Shown: in pieces, positions 25,810 through 40,266 of the stretch
How positions within the stretch are numbered: the stretch's first letter is position 1
How the letters are laid out: each line of letters starts with the position of its first letter
Assembly: GCF_006345805.1 (NCBI RefSeq)
Contig: NC_042997.1
Coordinates: 90,458,001 to 90,522,000, forward strand
Reading direction: 5' to 3'
Source of the DNA: Octopus sinensis
Taxonomy: Eukaryota
DNA: 64,000 bases
Program-made: the position numbers and the translations under genes
Notes under the pieces: model-generated
The model's database searches: none
What the model was told of the DNA's origin: nothing
Seen by the model: the letters and a program-made list of their open reading frames with translations, nothing else

Positions 25810-25853
25810 CTGCCACTGAAGAAATTCAGTTGACTGAAATCGTGATCTGGCAG
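25810..25853 (+). ncRNA. Minimal type I hammerhead ribozyme (third family)
   Basis: CTGCCA CTGAAGA(25816) AATTCAGTTGACT GAAA(25836) TCGTGA TC TGGCAG. Perfect 6-bp stem I, AUC site, weak stem II. Confidence 0.75.
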
Positions 25854-26134
25854 TTCTAGCGTCAATAACAAGCGATTCTAGCCTTCTATGATATATGTCT
25901 GCTTTTGTGCACCATATGAGAGAACCTTTCAAATCTAATACCGCAGTATTCGGTGTTCTAACAAGATATTCACATTAAGTTGGACATATAAATTGCCTTT
26001 TGATGATAGCACTGCTTCCGCTGCAAATAATGTAAAGAAGATTTATAATTTTATGCATTTAATGATATATCGATGAATAGTAAAAGTGAAATAATCTTAG
26101 CAAAGAGTTGTAGATGTTACACGTTTATGTTTAA

Positions 26135-26645
26135 CTAGCAGTATTGCTCGACTTTACAAAATGGTCACATTTAATTCAAAGCGTTAAAAATGTTATGAAA
26201 ACAATTGGTATGTGTTCACAAAGTCCAAACAATTAATACGAAAAAACCCTCCAGGCTACATCCCGAAAATTCATTTTTTTGCCGAATTTCTACAATGTTT
26301 ACGGCGATTCGTTTTTATATCTTAATTCTATATTTTTTATGCAATTTACGCATGATTGCACGCGTGGTGAACACAGTTCACGTCAAACAGCTGACTGAGT
26401 AAAGTTCACTATTCAATGCATGGGATAAGGCCTAAACAAACACATTATCGATTTTTGCACTTGCGAGATGAATTTCGGAACAGAAATAGCGCAGTTCAAT
26501 TTTCATTCGCCTAAACCTTAAGTGACCCATTTTTGGTGGTTCTACGATTTGTTGGCTAGGAAGAGATGTGCCGGGAAGTTAAACACACAGACACACACAC
26601 ACAGATACACACACAGGCACACAATTTGAGTTTTATATATATATG
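26135..26645 (-). mobile_element. Degenerate non-autonomous Helitron-like element
   Basis: Begins ACTAGCAGTAT and ends ...ACACAC...TTTTATATATATA, paralleling the termini of 7048-7861. Confidence 0.45.
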
Positions 26646-26900
26646 TCCCAGATCAAAGGTTATAGCTCTGGTGGGACATCGCCATTCTTCTTCTTCTTCT
26701 TCTTCTTCTTCTTCTTCTTCTTCTTCTTCTTCTTCTTCTTCTTCTTCTTCTTCCTCTCCTCCTCCTCCTCCTCCTCCTCCTCCTTCTTCTTCTTCTTCTT
26801 CTTCTTCTTCTTCTTCTTCTGTTATTGTTTTTGTTGTTATACTTAAATGCTCATCAGTATTATGAGAGTAGACAGAAACATACATCAGCAGAAGTGAAAG

Positions 26901-26993
<93 letters not shown>

Positions 26994-27556
26994 GTGAGTC
27001 TACATATATATCAATAGATATGCCGATATTAATAGACATACAAATATATAGGTAGCTGAACTGAAAGGAATTGAAAGTAATCTCAATTGGTGAATAAGGA
27101 GTGAGCTTTAGAGATGGTTGAACAACGGAAAGTGCAGTCTTTTTTTTTTTTCATATATATATGAATAAGTTATATCTTTTTAATTCATCTTTTATCTATT
27201 TTTATTTAAATTACATCGTAACTGTCATATATATATTAAAAGAAGGTAAATAAGCAATAGCGTCTAAGTTCATTTCAATTATATACGAATGGTCAGTTTT
27301 GATTAAGTAGCAGGATTTCAAAAGAATTTTTTGAAATATCTTACTTGTGTTCAATATATTAGCATAATGTTTTTAAAGATGCTGGTTTATAATGAAGAAT
27401 TTCCTCAGTTCCCGCTAGTTGTATATTAATCTATTTATTCATTTGATGTATAATCATCAGTACTTCTTGTTTTCTTTTTATCCCATTTATAGTAACTTAT
27501 TAATATTGTTTTTCTCATCCGTTGCAGTAACAGAATCATGAAAATCTACATAAAAT

Positions 27557-27617
<61 letters not shown>

Positions 27618-27940
27618 TGCTTTTGTGCATTACCGCGAAACAAAATGATATACAACATAAAATGGAAGTGAGATAAATAAAGTATGTGTATATGTGTGTG
27701 TGTGAGTATGTGTGTCTCTGTTTCTCCCCTGCCATCACTTGACAACTGATGTTGATGTGTTTATGTCCCAGTAACTTAGCGGTCTAGCGGTTCGGCAAAA
27801 GAGACCGATAGAATAAGTACTAGACTTACAAAGAGTAAGTCCTGGGTGCGATTTCTTCGACCAAAACCCTTCAAGGCGGTGCTCTAGCGTGGCCGCAGTC
27901 AAATGACTGAAACAAGTAAAAGAATATATATATGTGTATT

Positions 27941-27979
<39 letters not shown>

Positions 27980-29001
27980 TATACATACACACACACACAC
28001 ATTCTTCTGATATATATATATATTGCATTTTTGCCAACACTCTATCACTCTATCTGTTGACAAGCGTAAACACCTCTTTATATATATTTGTTGGCACAGG
28101 AAAAGGAGCCAGCCGGTATTGTTTCAGTTGTATGTTGTGATTTCATCTGGGACAACGTAGTCCTTTGAACTTTAAACCTGATTTTAAATCTACTATTACT
28201 CGTAGCTCCTAGCCTGTTAGAAAGACTAATTTGCATATATAATGCATTCTTGATAGTTACTTTGATTAACAAATTATTGTGCGTTAACGATGTTTTGTTT
28301 CAATATTGTTTACATCTGTGTTTCATACAATGTTAGCTAAAAGTCTATAGACATATCCTGCAGTACGGTATAACATGCAAACAAAACACAGTTTAACCCA
28401 TCATTAAATAGATGTGTGCATGCTCGTGTGTCTATATGGATGCATGCATATATGAATATATGTGTCGTTTTATGTTTATAAGTGTACGTACACAAATGGT
28501 GTATGCGGAAGCAGACGAGTGTCGGATATGAAAAAAAAATGAAACAGAATAACAACTACGAAACAAACAAGATAATACAAACAACAGCAAAGAATCATTC
28601 GGAGTGGGTGTGGACTATATGGCCTGAGTGTAGGTAGGAGTTCTCTCTGACGTTTGTTTTAGCTGTCGTCTGTTTTAGTGAATTGTCAGCCATGAAAAAC
28701 GTTTGCACCTCCCTCGCATTATGTTTTTCTTTTTCAATCTAGGCTTTCAGTTACTCCCTCGTCCATTAGATTAGCCGGCAGGGATGAACATTCGGTCAAA
28801 GAACTCTTGTAACATGAGACGAGACGTCTATTTATTTATTTATTTATTTATTTATTTTGTCTTAGTTCTCTTTGAATATTGTTTCCCTTTTCTTTGGAGA
28901 AGTTTTGTTTTTTAATTATTACTTTGCTGCGTAGATCAACCTTCTGTTCGTTAAGACGTCACTAACGTCTCTCTTTCCTTCCTTCCATCTTTCTTTCTTT
29001 C

Positions 29002-29032
<31 letters not shown>

Positions 29033-29040
29033 TTCTTCCT

Positions 29041-29079
<39 letters not shown>

Positions 29080-29145
29080 CTCCCTCTCTCTTTCTCTCTC
29101 CCTCTCTCAATCTCTCTTGTTGCTTTGATTTCTCTCCCTTACTCT

Positions 29146-29211
<66 letters not shown>

Positions 29212-29390
29212 GTCTGTCTGTTTATCTATCTTTCTTTCTTTCTTTTTTACTTTCTTTCTGTTTGCCTGTCTCTTTATCTGTTTGTGTATCTATCTATGTA
29301 TCTAACGATCTATTTATCTATCTGTCTGTCTGCGTGTCAATCTGTCTCGCTGTTTATCAATCCATGTTTGTTTATCTAAGTCTATCTAAG

Positions 29391-29489
<99 letters not shown>

Positions 29490-29525
29490 ATCTATCTATC
29501 TATCTATCTATCTATCTAGCTAGCT

Positions 29526-29602
<77 letters not shown>

Positions 29603-30976
29603 CGTGAAACCAACAGATCAAAGACCATTTACCGCCGCCGTTCTTGGTATTGTTGTTATTGTTTAATTATTGTGTAGTGGTTATTTTTGTTGTTGGGGTG
29701 GGAGGCGGTGGCAGTAGTGGTGCAAATAACGGGAGGAGGGGAGGTGATATTAGTTGTTTTTAATTTTATTTTGTCTATAGTGTTGATATGCCTGTTGTAA
29801 CTATTTGTGATGAACTTCAGTGATGATAATAGCTTAAGCCTAGATCAACTCTGACCAAGAAGAGAAACATTCCATTCCGCGACCTTTCCGTCTTCCCGCT
29901 ATGTGCAGGGAATCCAAGACCACATTATCAAACGTGTTTTTCCTTGACTAGAGCGGTGGAGAGTGACATGAGGAAGATCTGGCAGTTATTTCTAGTAATT
30001 TGAGCGGCGGCAACTTAGAGGCTACAGTTGATGATGGTGATGCTGATAAGGAAGAGGAGGCGGTTAAGGAGAAGGATGAGGAAGAGGAGGAGAACGAGAA
30101 GAGGAGATAAAAAAGGGGAGGAGAGGACGAGAGGAAGAAGACAATGACAACAGTGGTGGTAGTGGCGGTTGTAGTGGTGGTGGTGGTGTGGCTGTGGTAA
30201 CGGCAGCGGCAGCGGCGGCGGTAGCGGCGGCAGCGGCGGCGGTAGCGGCGGCAGCGGCGGCGGTAGCGGCGGCAGCGGCGGCGACTGCAACGACGAGGAT
30301 GCTGACGATGGGCAGCGACGATGACAACGACACCAAAGACGAAGACAACGATAAGGATGAAAATGGGCGTGAAAATATTAAATGTATAGAGTGGGAGTGG
30401 TGATGACTATATAATGTGTACATACGTAGTTTACAACTCACACGTGCACATGTGTACATAACACACACACACACACGTGTACACACCATACATTACACGT
30501 GTCTACCATGTCATATACGCGTGTACAATAATATATATATATACATTTGATACACAGTTTAGATGTGCATGCGGGCAATATCACACACGTGTCGACAATT
30601 CCATAACACGTGTAATGAATACCATTAAATACGTAGGCAATAACCTCGCAAGCGTATGAAATATACTTAATGGTGTATATCGTATAATTACTGCATACAC
30701 ACAACACGTGCGTGCATGTTTGTGTGCGTGCCTATACATGTGTGTTTTGATAAATGTGTGGCGTACGCGTGTATTATTTACTGGTGAAGAAAACTCCTTA
30801 AATATGACAAAACAATTGCTTAGGTTTGATAAACTCTTCAGATTTGATAATTTAGATGAAACAAGATTTATACAAGTCAATTGATATTTATTATATTTCT
30901 AACCCCAGCTCAATGCTACAAAGTGGGCGTAACCTATTAATTAGTTGAATCGGTTATTATGTCAATGGTCAGTGAA

Positions 30977-31262
30977 GGCACATGTCCCAATGGTTAGAGC
31001 GTCGGGCTCACAATCATGAAGTAGTGAGTTCGATTCCCAGACCAGGTTGTTTATTATGAGTTGCGACGTCACTGGTGCCAAGCTGTATCGGTGTTTCTCT
31101 TGCCTTTGAATAACATCAGTGGCATGGAGAGGGGAAGCTGGTATGCATGGGCGACTGCTGGTCTTCCATAAACAACTTTGCCCGTACTTGTGCCTCGGAG
31201 GGTAACTTTCTCGGTGCAAATCCTATGGTCATTCATGACCGAAGGAGGTCTTTACCTTTACC
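30977..31262 (+). mobile_element. tRNA-derived SINE family C
   Basis: TGGTTAG A-box and GAGTTCGATTCCC B-box; body closely similar to 57972-58302. Confidence 0.8.
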
Positions 31263-31614
31263 CTATCAATGGTCAACATGCGGTACTCACCGGAAGTTAA
31301 TTCAACAAGAGACATTCATTCCGGATTCTGTCAAACTGATAGAAAAATCTACTAAATTAAGGGTTTCCAACCGAGATCCTTATGATCCCTGGGGGGGGGG
31401 GGTCCTTATAATATGTTAGTGGGTGGCAAGGACGCGAAATACTAAATTGGGGATCCTCAGTAGTATTTTAAATTTTCATGAAAACATTTTGCGTTACATG
31501 TATGTATTGCAAAAAACAACTACGTTACTTTCTCTAACGTGTTCCATTGTTCAACATGTTTCCGACTATTGAAACATTCTGTCAGAGAACGCTGTTGCAA
31601 ACCTATACAAGTCC

Positions 31615-32008
31615 TTTCTATTACAGGTAAAAGGCCTGAAATTTGGGTAGGAGAATAGTCGATTACATCGACCCCAGTACTCAAGTGGTACGTAATTTAT
31701 CGACCCCGAAAGGATGAAAGGCAAAGTCGATCTCGGTGGAGTTTGAACTCAGAACGTAGCGGTAAACGAAATGCCTATTTCTTTACTACCCACAATGGGC
31801 TAAACACAGAGGAGACAAACAAGGACAGACAAACGGATTAAGTCGATTATATCGACCCCAGTGCGTAACTGTTACATATTTAATCGACCCCGAAAGGATG
31901 AAAGGCAAAATCGACCTCGGCGGAATTTGAACTCAGAACGTAGCGGTAAACGAAATACCGCTAAGCATTTCGCCCGGCGTGCTAACGATTCTGCCAACTC
32001 GCAGCCTT
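31615..32008 (-). mobile_element. SINE family B, dimeric variant
   Basis: Same composite as 23580-23976. Confidence 0.8.
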
Positions 32009-33329
32009 AATGCAAGCTTATACAAGTGAATGCGAATTTTGAAAGTAGTATCATTACGGAGCCTGTCAATTTGATAGAAATATCTCCTTAATCAGGGGTT
32101 TTCAGTTACGATCCTTATGATCCATGGCAGACCGTTATAAGATTTTGGAGGCAGGTGCCCGCAAGCTAAATGGTAAATTGGGAATTCTCAATCGTATTGT
32201 TGTAACTACGTTTCTTTCTCTAATGTTTTCCATTGATAACATGTTTCCGACCACTAAAACATTCTGCCTGAGAGTATTATTGCAAACCTACACAAGTGAA
32301 TGCGAATTTCGAAGTAGTATCAATAAAACTGGGTTTTTTTCTCTAAACATCGAATGGCTATGGTTATTCACCAGTGTAAAACAGTAAGCAAAATGGTTCC
32401 TAAGTAAAACAAAAAAAAAAAAAGTTCAGAACTACTATACTCGACCCTTCAACTTCCACTTTTACGAGTGATCAAAGCCGGCGGCATGTGAATTCAGTTC
32501 TTAAAAAAAAATTAAACAGTCGCAACTGAATATCATTTGATATTTAACCACTTCTTATGACGTTATGTTCTCAGTTCAAATTCCACCTATATCGACATTT
32601 CCTTTCATCGACCCCTTTTCGGGATCGATGAAATAATTATCACACAAGTACTGGGATTGATATAATCGATTTACCCCCTCCATCAAAAACTGCCGGTTTT
32701 ATGCCAAAATTAGAAAGAATTTTGCAAATCCTAGAATTTAAGGTTTAATTAAAAGCTGTTTAAGATTAGAATGTTCAGACTGGAATTAGTTATTAGTGTT
32801 GGGATTTTAATTCAGGACACGGAACAAGGTTTAGTGAATTGATTGAACGCCATGCATTCTTTTCCAGGTAAGTTTTATTCTAATAATTCTGATGCGACTC
32901 TCTATTCTTCTTATTTCTCTTTCGTTTTTTCTCTCTTCCTTTCTCTTATTCTTTTACCTCCTCTCACTATTCTACCCTTTTCTCTTTCGTTTTCTCCCTT
33001 ACTTTCTCTTATTCTTTTACCTCCTCTACTCCCACTATTCTATCCTTTTACTCTTTCGTTTTCTCTCTTCCTTTCTCTTATTCTTTTACCTCCCTTCTCC
33101 CTTTCTTTTTTCTCTCTTATGCTATATCCAAATCTTTTCCTCTTCCCTTCACAGTTCTCTGTCTGCCACTCTCTCTCCCTCACTCTTCCTCCTTTTCTCA
33201 CGTGACTCCCACGTGACCATCGGCCATTTTTCTTCCTTCTTCTAACTTTTGTGTTTCTTTCTTTCTTCCTGAAGCAGCTGGACAAGGAAGACGCTTCCTA
33301 CCACAGCCACAATACACACACACACACAT

Positions 33330-33360
<31 letters not shown>

Positions 33361-33428
33361 ACTGAACGCCACACATACATATATATATAGACAGACAGAG
33401 AGACAGAGAGACAGACAGACAGACAGAC

Positions 33429-33524
<96 letters not shown>

Positions 33525-33526
<2 letters not shown>

Positions 33527-33912
33527 GCGCAGGAGTGCCTGTGCGGTAAGAAGCTTGCTTCCCAATCACATAGTTCCTGATTCAGTCTCACCGTGTTATA
33601 TCTTGGGCAGATGTCTTCTACTATAGCCTCGGACCTACTAAAGCCTTGTGAGTGGATTTGGTGAGCTGAAACTGAAAGAAGCCCGTCGTGTATATATATA
33701 TATATGTTTGTGTATCTGTGTTCCCCCTCCATCGCTTGACAGCCGATGTTGCTGTGGTTTACTTCCTCGTAATTCAGCGGTTCGGCAAAAGAGACCGACA
33801 GAATAAATACGAAGCTTCCAAAGAGAAAGTCCTGGGGTCGATTTGTTCGAATAAAGGTGGTGCTTCAGCATGGCCGCAGTCAAATGACTGAAACAAATAA
33901 AAGAATAAAAGA
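33525..33912 (+). mobile_element. SINE family A
   Basis: GGCGCAGGAG head, internal microsatellite, (AATAAAAG)n tail. Confidence 0.85.
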
Positions 33913-33941
33913 ATATATGTATATTATATATTATATTATAT

Positions 33942-33976
<35 letters not shown>

Positions 33977-36843
33977 TTGTATACAGGACGTCACAAAACG
34001 TAAACAACATGAAACACAAAAACATGAAAACTTGGGTATGCGAACAAGGAGAGAGAGTAAAGGAGGAAAAGAGAGAAACAGAGACAGATAGAAAACGGTA
34101 AAGGGGAGAAAAAAAGAATTAGAGAAAAGAAGAGAGAGAAAACGAAAGGCGGGGGAGAGAAAACAGTACAGGGTATATATATATAACCTTATAAAATGTG
34201 GAAACATCAAATTTTGACTTCCGGCATAGTATGATAAAGAAATGTTAGGTTTGGATAAAAAGTATAATCAATTATCAATTGGATAAATGAAGCAGAAAAA
34301 TTTTGTAGACCAAAAGAATGTTTACAAGCAATGTTTATTTATTAGTGAAGCAGTTCTCTTTAAGTTTTGTATTTAAAGTCAACTTGACATAAAATTCTTC
34401 TACTACTTCAACACAAAGTGAATTTCTATTGAGGAAAACAACAATAACCATTGCCTTAAAATTTACACAATGTATTTAAATGTTTTAGAAAGTTTTAAGA
34501 GCTATCAAAATTCTGTGGTTTTGACGGAAACTGTTGCAGCTTTCACAACTAATATTCAGAAACGCAAGGAATTATTAAAGTATGCCTAAAAAAGTATAGT
34601 GGAGACAAAGATCTATTTGGGAAAAAAATATTATAAAATTAATTTAGGTTTTATAAAATATGTGTAAACTTTGCTGAAACTGATTTAAGAAAAAAATAAT
34701 TAAAGCTAACAAATTTATTAAATATTTCACAAAATCTTATTGAAGTTGAAAATAAAAATGCTTAAAAATTATAAAAAGTATTTCAGTTCTAAAGCAGCTG
34801 ATCTTTTTAAAAAGAAAAATTATTAAACAACTGAAAAAAATTTTTGTTTTAAGAAATGTTCTTTTTTAAGTATGGATTAATATTTTACATCTTTTGAAAA
34901 TCAAAAGATCTCGAATAAATGCCTTTTAAAAAAGTATATAAAGTAATAACTGAAAAATTAGACTATTTGATCATCGTGAAAAATATCTTAGGTAAACGGT
35001 CTGGATTTAAGAAATGATTGTACGAACATGAGTAGTAATGCTCATGGGAATTATAAAATAATGTTGAGAATTCGCGAAATAGTTCATTGAAAGTTCAGAG
35101 GCGGGTATAGAACACAGTAGAAAATGTTTTTAATTGGCTAAAATGGTTAAGAAAATTTTTTGCTATGAAATACTTTCTATTCAGTTTGTAGTATAATTTT
35201 TTTAATGCTTATATTCCGGAAAAATTTAAATTATAAGAAGTTTCGATCTCTTTATTTCATCGTTATTACACAGTATACGTTCAAAACCAATTTCCTGCGA
35301 CTGATTGTTTAAGACTATGTTTCTAATACAATTGATTGCACGCACACACACACACACACACATACACTCACAAAGAGAGAGAGGGGGAAGTGAGAGAGAC
35401 ACAGAGGGTGGAGATCTATGTATAGTACATATGTATATTTATATATATACATAAATTTGTGTGTGTACAGACACACACACAGACACACTCATATGTATAT
35501 GAGGAAATCAATATCTCACAAACTTCACACTCCGAGTTTTCTCTAGGTATTAAAGATTCATCATATTGATATGCTATGTATCATTTTTTTACAAGTTTTT
35601 TTTTCTGCTTAGTTTAGTATATTATGGCTGTCTTGCGGCGATCGCAGTGATATTACTTGTCTGGTAACTTGTCGAATTTCTTATGTATTTTCTGTATGTC
35701 TATATTTCGAGATTGATTCTTGCTTTTTGTTCATTAACTTATAATTCTTGTGTCGCGATATTGTAGATCTCTATAGAGCAAAGTTCACAACTTTTGGCAG
35801 TTCTAACATAAACTTAGGCTACCTCTTTGTTAAGCTACTTCATCGCTTCATTATTTTTGCTATTCTCTTCTAGAAGCCAAATATATTTTGACAAAGCCAT
35901 TGAATTCTTGCATATATTTCAGAGTAAGTTAGTGTAATAACGTTGTTTTCTATGTGACCTCTACAGCCTTTTTTCTGTTTTTAGTTATTTTTTTTCTTTT
36001 TGTCGTCTCTTGTTTTTACCAATGCGTGATAAACGACACCCTCACATAATCACCCTCTTTGAATTGTTTAGGATCTCGAGATTCTAGTTATATTTGTGAT
36101 CGTCGAGATGTTCTAACCATTTGTACTTTAATTATAATTTTCACGTATGACTGCAACTGAAACTGACCTTTACATTATTTCTATTAAATGTATTTTAGCA
36201 CTTATGGTGAGAGGGAGAAATAGAAGTTCTCCACATTACTAGATTTTATGTTCCTAAAGAACAGAGGGTTAAAACAGATCATATTTCTTCTGTTTCTGAA
36301 TATTCTTTTGTTTCTCATGTGTCGCACAAGATTAACCCTGATCAGAAAGGCATTATTATAAGCGTTCCAGTTGTGACAATCCCATCTTTTATTCAAACGT
36401 GCTGTTTCTAGGACCATTTTATCTAAAGTATCCTTCATTTTTAAGAAGGTACGGTTTGATTTGAATGAAATTTTATTGACATTTCTAGCAAACTCTCTCG
36501 TTAGCTTTTATAAATACTTTTTTGTTTACACAAGATTGTGACATTTTATTGTACTTGTTATTCTTTAAGGTGTTGTACTGACGCTGGAAGTTTATTTATC
36601 AGTAGATATGACTCGTATTCTACTATTAATGGTCGCAGTCAATTGACACACCCTGATTCAGTCGAGTCTATCCTGTTTCATATCGCATAGTTTTATCAGC
36701 GTGATTACTTTCCCCTGAAGAAATATTAAATAACAAAGAATTTTCCGAAAACGGAATTTTGAAGTTATTTTAGCAATAATGCATCTCAGGAATTTACGTA
36801 ATTTCTGAAAGTAGTAGTAGTAGTAGTAGTAGTAATAGTAGTA

Positions 36844-36888
<45 letters not shown>

Positions 36889-38201
36889 CAGTAGCAGCAC
36901 AGCCCCAGATAGACTTGGTCGCATGAATGTATGATGAGATTCGTTGTAACCGTAAGTAGCCATCTTTTATTTTTCTGTCACAAGACGGTAGATTGGCAAA
37001 ATATTTTGAGCAACGGACAAAATATCGTGCAGTATATAGTGACAGCTTTTTAAGTTCTGAGCTTAAATCTTATCGATATAAACAGCCTTTTTATCCTTCA
37101 AGGATCGATAAGATCGATCAAGGAATCAAATACAGGGGTCGATATAGACGATTATACCCTTTCCATCAATTTCTCAATTTTTATCGTACTTATGTAAAAA
37201 AAAAATCATCTATCACCCACCCCGACCCCCACCTCCACCTTTGAAGGAGAGAAGGTGAGATTTAAAACAGATTTCGTTGCTATTTCAATTAGGTCTAGCG
37301 ACCACGTAGATGTTCTCTGGGTGGTTTCCTAAATCATGTTAGCCATGTCTAAAGCATATCCCTTTGGAATTGCATGGGAAGTAGTTACAACGTACCCGCT
37401 TTCCTCTCAAACCATTCGTACTGTAAATAAAAAAGAAATGTTGAAATCGGAACCCGGTCAGAGTTCATTCGCCATACATTTTTACGATCGTTCTACCAAG
37501 GCTCTGAATTTCAAAAGCCATTGAATTCTTTAAGCTAAATCGTCCATTTTGGCAGTTTACAATCAAAAGTGAGTGGAGTGGGTGGTGACGATATTTTTTT
37601 TTCTAACAGCCTCACATATGTCGCTGTCAGAAAACAGAGCTATCGGTGACAGATGAACCTAAGTCTGGTTCTATTTATACTTTAATTGATAAATGGTGAC
37701 ACACCGGAATATTATGGGTTTCGAATACCACACCCACGCCCTCCAGTCACATCTTCTTAATACGAAATGTGACGTCAGCCTGAGACACCCACCGTTTTCT
37801 TTATATTGCCTAACATCAAAGACACAGCAAAGGTGGTAGTCGTCGTCATTGTGAAAGTTGTGGAGGTAGTAGTGTGAGGTGCAAGATAGAGAAAGTGATA
37901 GCCTATTTCGTCGTTAAGTTCCGAGTGAATTCGGTCTCAAGCTAGGATTTCATTCACAAAATGAATTGTTTCACTTAAGTATAAAAGAACTTTGTATGTT
38001 AGGTGCATATGTTTGTGGATGTGTGTTTGTGTATGGATGAATGCGTGTGTCTGTATGTATGTATGTGTGTATGTATGTATGTATACATATATGTGTATAT
38101 ATATATATGTGTGTATATATATATGTGTGTGTATGTATTATATATATGCATACATGGGTTTGTCTCTCTCTCCCTCTCTCTCTCACTGTCTCTCTCCCCC
38201 C

Positions 38202-38247
<46 letters not shown>

Positions 38248-38533
38248 CATTACAAACACGCGCGCACGCATAGGTATATATATCATTATGGATATATATA
38301 TGTATGTGTGTGTGTATATATATACATACATATACGCACATACATATATGCGTGTGTATATGTGTGTCTATATTGTATGCATACATTTATGTACACATAT
38401 GAGCATATTTGTGCGCGAATTTGTACGTGTGACAGTCCATTTGTTTTAATCATATAATAATATATACCAGCATACAAACATATACATGTACGTATGCATA
38501 CACACACACATACATCCCCCCCCACACACACAC

Positions 38534-38732
38534 TGACCACGTGTGTACCGTTGGCGATGATTTTCCTCTGTCTTCCCTTCTCTGGATCTTTCCCTCTCCT
38601 ATGTTTCCGACGAAGAGCTCCGCTCGGAACGTTAAGCCCTCCTTCTTTCCTTCTTTCCTGAGCGTCCAATAATACTATATTTGTTCCTCGTCCTCGCGTT
38701 GTGTTTTTGTGCTTTCATGTTTGGATTAACTA
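38534..38732 (+). repeat. ~200-bp microsatellite-flanked repeat with mutated hammerhead core
   Basis: Homologous to 42258-42465; the core reads CCGACGA...GGAA instead of CTGACGA...GAAA. Confidence 0.75.
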
Positions 38733-38804
38733 TATATATACGTATATCCATGAATATTATTACCATGTATATTTTCTGAGGCCCTAATATATTATATATT
38801 CTAT

Positions 38805-38897
<93 letters not shown>

Positions 38898-38956
38898 AGA
38901 TAGATATATAGATATAGATATACATATACATATACATATGCATATACATACATACA

Positions 38957-38998
<42 letters not shown>

Positions 38999-39621
38999 TA
39001 TATATACACTCACACAAATATTCTTTTATTCTTTTACTTGTTTCAGTCATTTGACTGTGGTCATGCTGCAGAACCGCCTTTAGCCAAAGAAATCAATCCC
39101 AGGACTTATTCTTTGTGACTGTAGTACTTATTCTATCGGTCATTTTTGCCAAAAAGCGATTGAGTAGTCATTGCTGACGAGCTCACGACTGATAAGCGGA
39201 GCAAGTCTTGTCCAGTAATCTCTAGAGTCTTTCATCGGGAGGTTATATTGTGCGCTTCATACAGCCTTAAAACGTTTTTACCTACAATCGTTTTGCAGTA
39301 TAGGTGCTTCGGCATCCTCAAACCCAATAAATGACGATTAAAGTTTTCCTTTTCGGTTTTATATTGGGCCTAGGTGTTTGATTCAGACACCTTGATACTC
39401 TGAGTTTCAAGCGCGATGCATAGGAATTCATAGGAATTTGAATAAATATGCGTTTGTGTGTGTATGTACATATACATAACACACACACACATGCATGCAT
39501 ACATACATACATACATACATACATACATACATACATACATACATACATACATACATACATACATACATACATACATACATACATTCATACATACATACAT
39601 ATATATGTGTGTGTGTTATAT

Positions 39622-40003
39622 AGGCGCAGGCATGGCTGTGTGGTAAGTAGTTTGCTTACCAACCACATGGTTCTGAGATCAGTCCCTCTGCGTGGCACCT
39701 TGGGCTAGTGTCTTCTACTATAGCCTCGGGCCGACCAAAGCCTTGTGAATAGATTTGGTAGACGGAAACTGAAAGAAACCCGTCGTATATATATATTCAA
39801 ATCACAGACGCGTTTCTGTGTCTGTGTTTGTCCCCAGATCATCGCTTGACAACCGATGTTGGTGTGTTTACGTCTCCGCAATCTAGCGGTTCGGCAAAAG
39901 AGACCGATACGAGAAGTACTAGGCTAAAAAAGAATAAGCCGTGGGGTCTATTTGTTCGACTAAAGGCAGTGCTCCAGCAAGGCCGTAGTCCAATGACTGA
40001 AAT
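39622..40003 (+). mobile_element. SINE family A
   Basis: GGCGCAGGCATGGCTGTGTGGTAAG head; full body. Confidence 0.85.
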
Positions 40004-40144
40004 GAGTCACACACACACACAAATGCGCGCATGTGTTTATGTATGTACGTCTTGCATTCTGCCTGTGTTGTGTGTGGTAGGTTCAGTGCCATTATAAAGT
40101 GTGGCTGTCGACTGGTATATTGTGCCTATTATGTGCATACGCGC

Positions 40145-40177
<33 letters not shown>

Positions 40178-40193
40178 ATATACGTGATGTGTA

Positions 40194-40266
<73 letters not shown>

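Noticed and set aside
34200-35240. Very AT-rich stretch as possible organellar or foreign DNA (also 14480-15030)
   Set aside because: No ORF or recognisable motif; it may be decayed repeat or low-quality consensus and cannot be assigned.
39171-39216. CTGACGA plus GCTC/GAGC stem as an active hammerhead
   Set aside because: The GAAA core is missing; at most a decayed relic.
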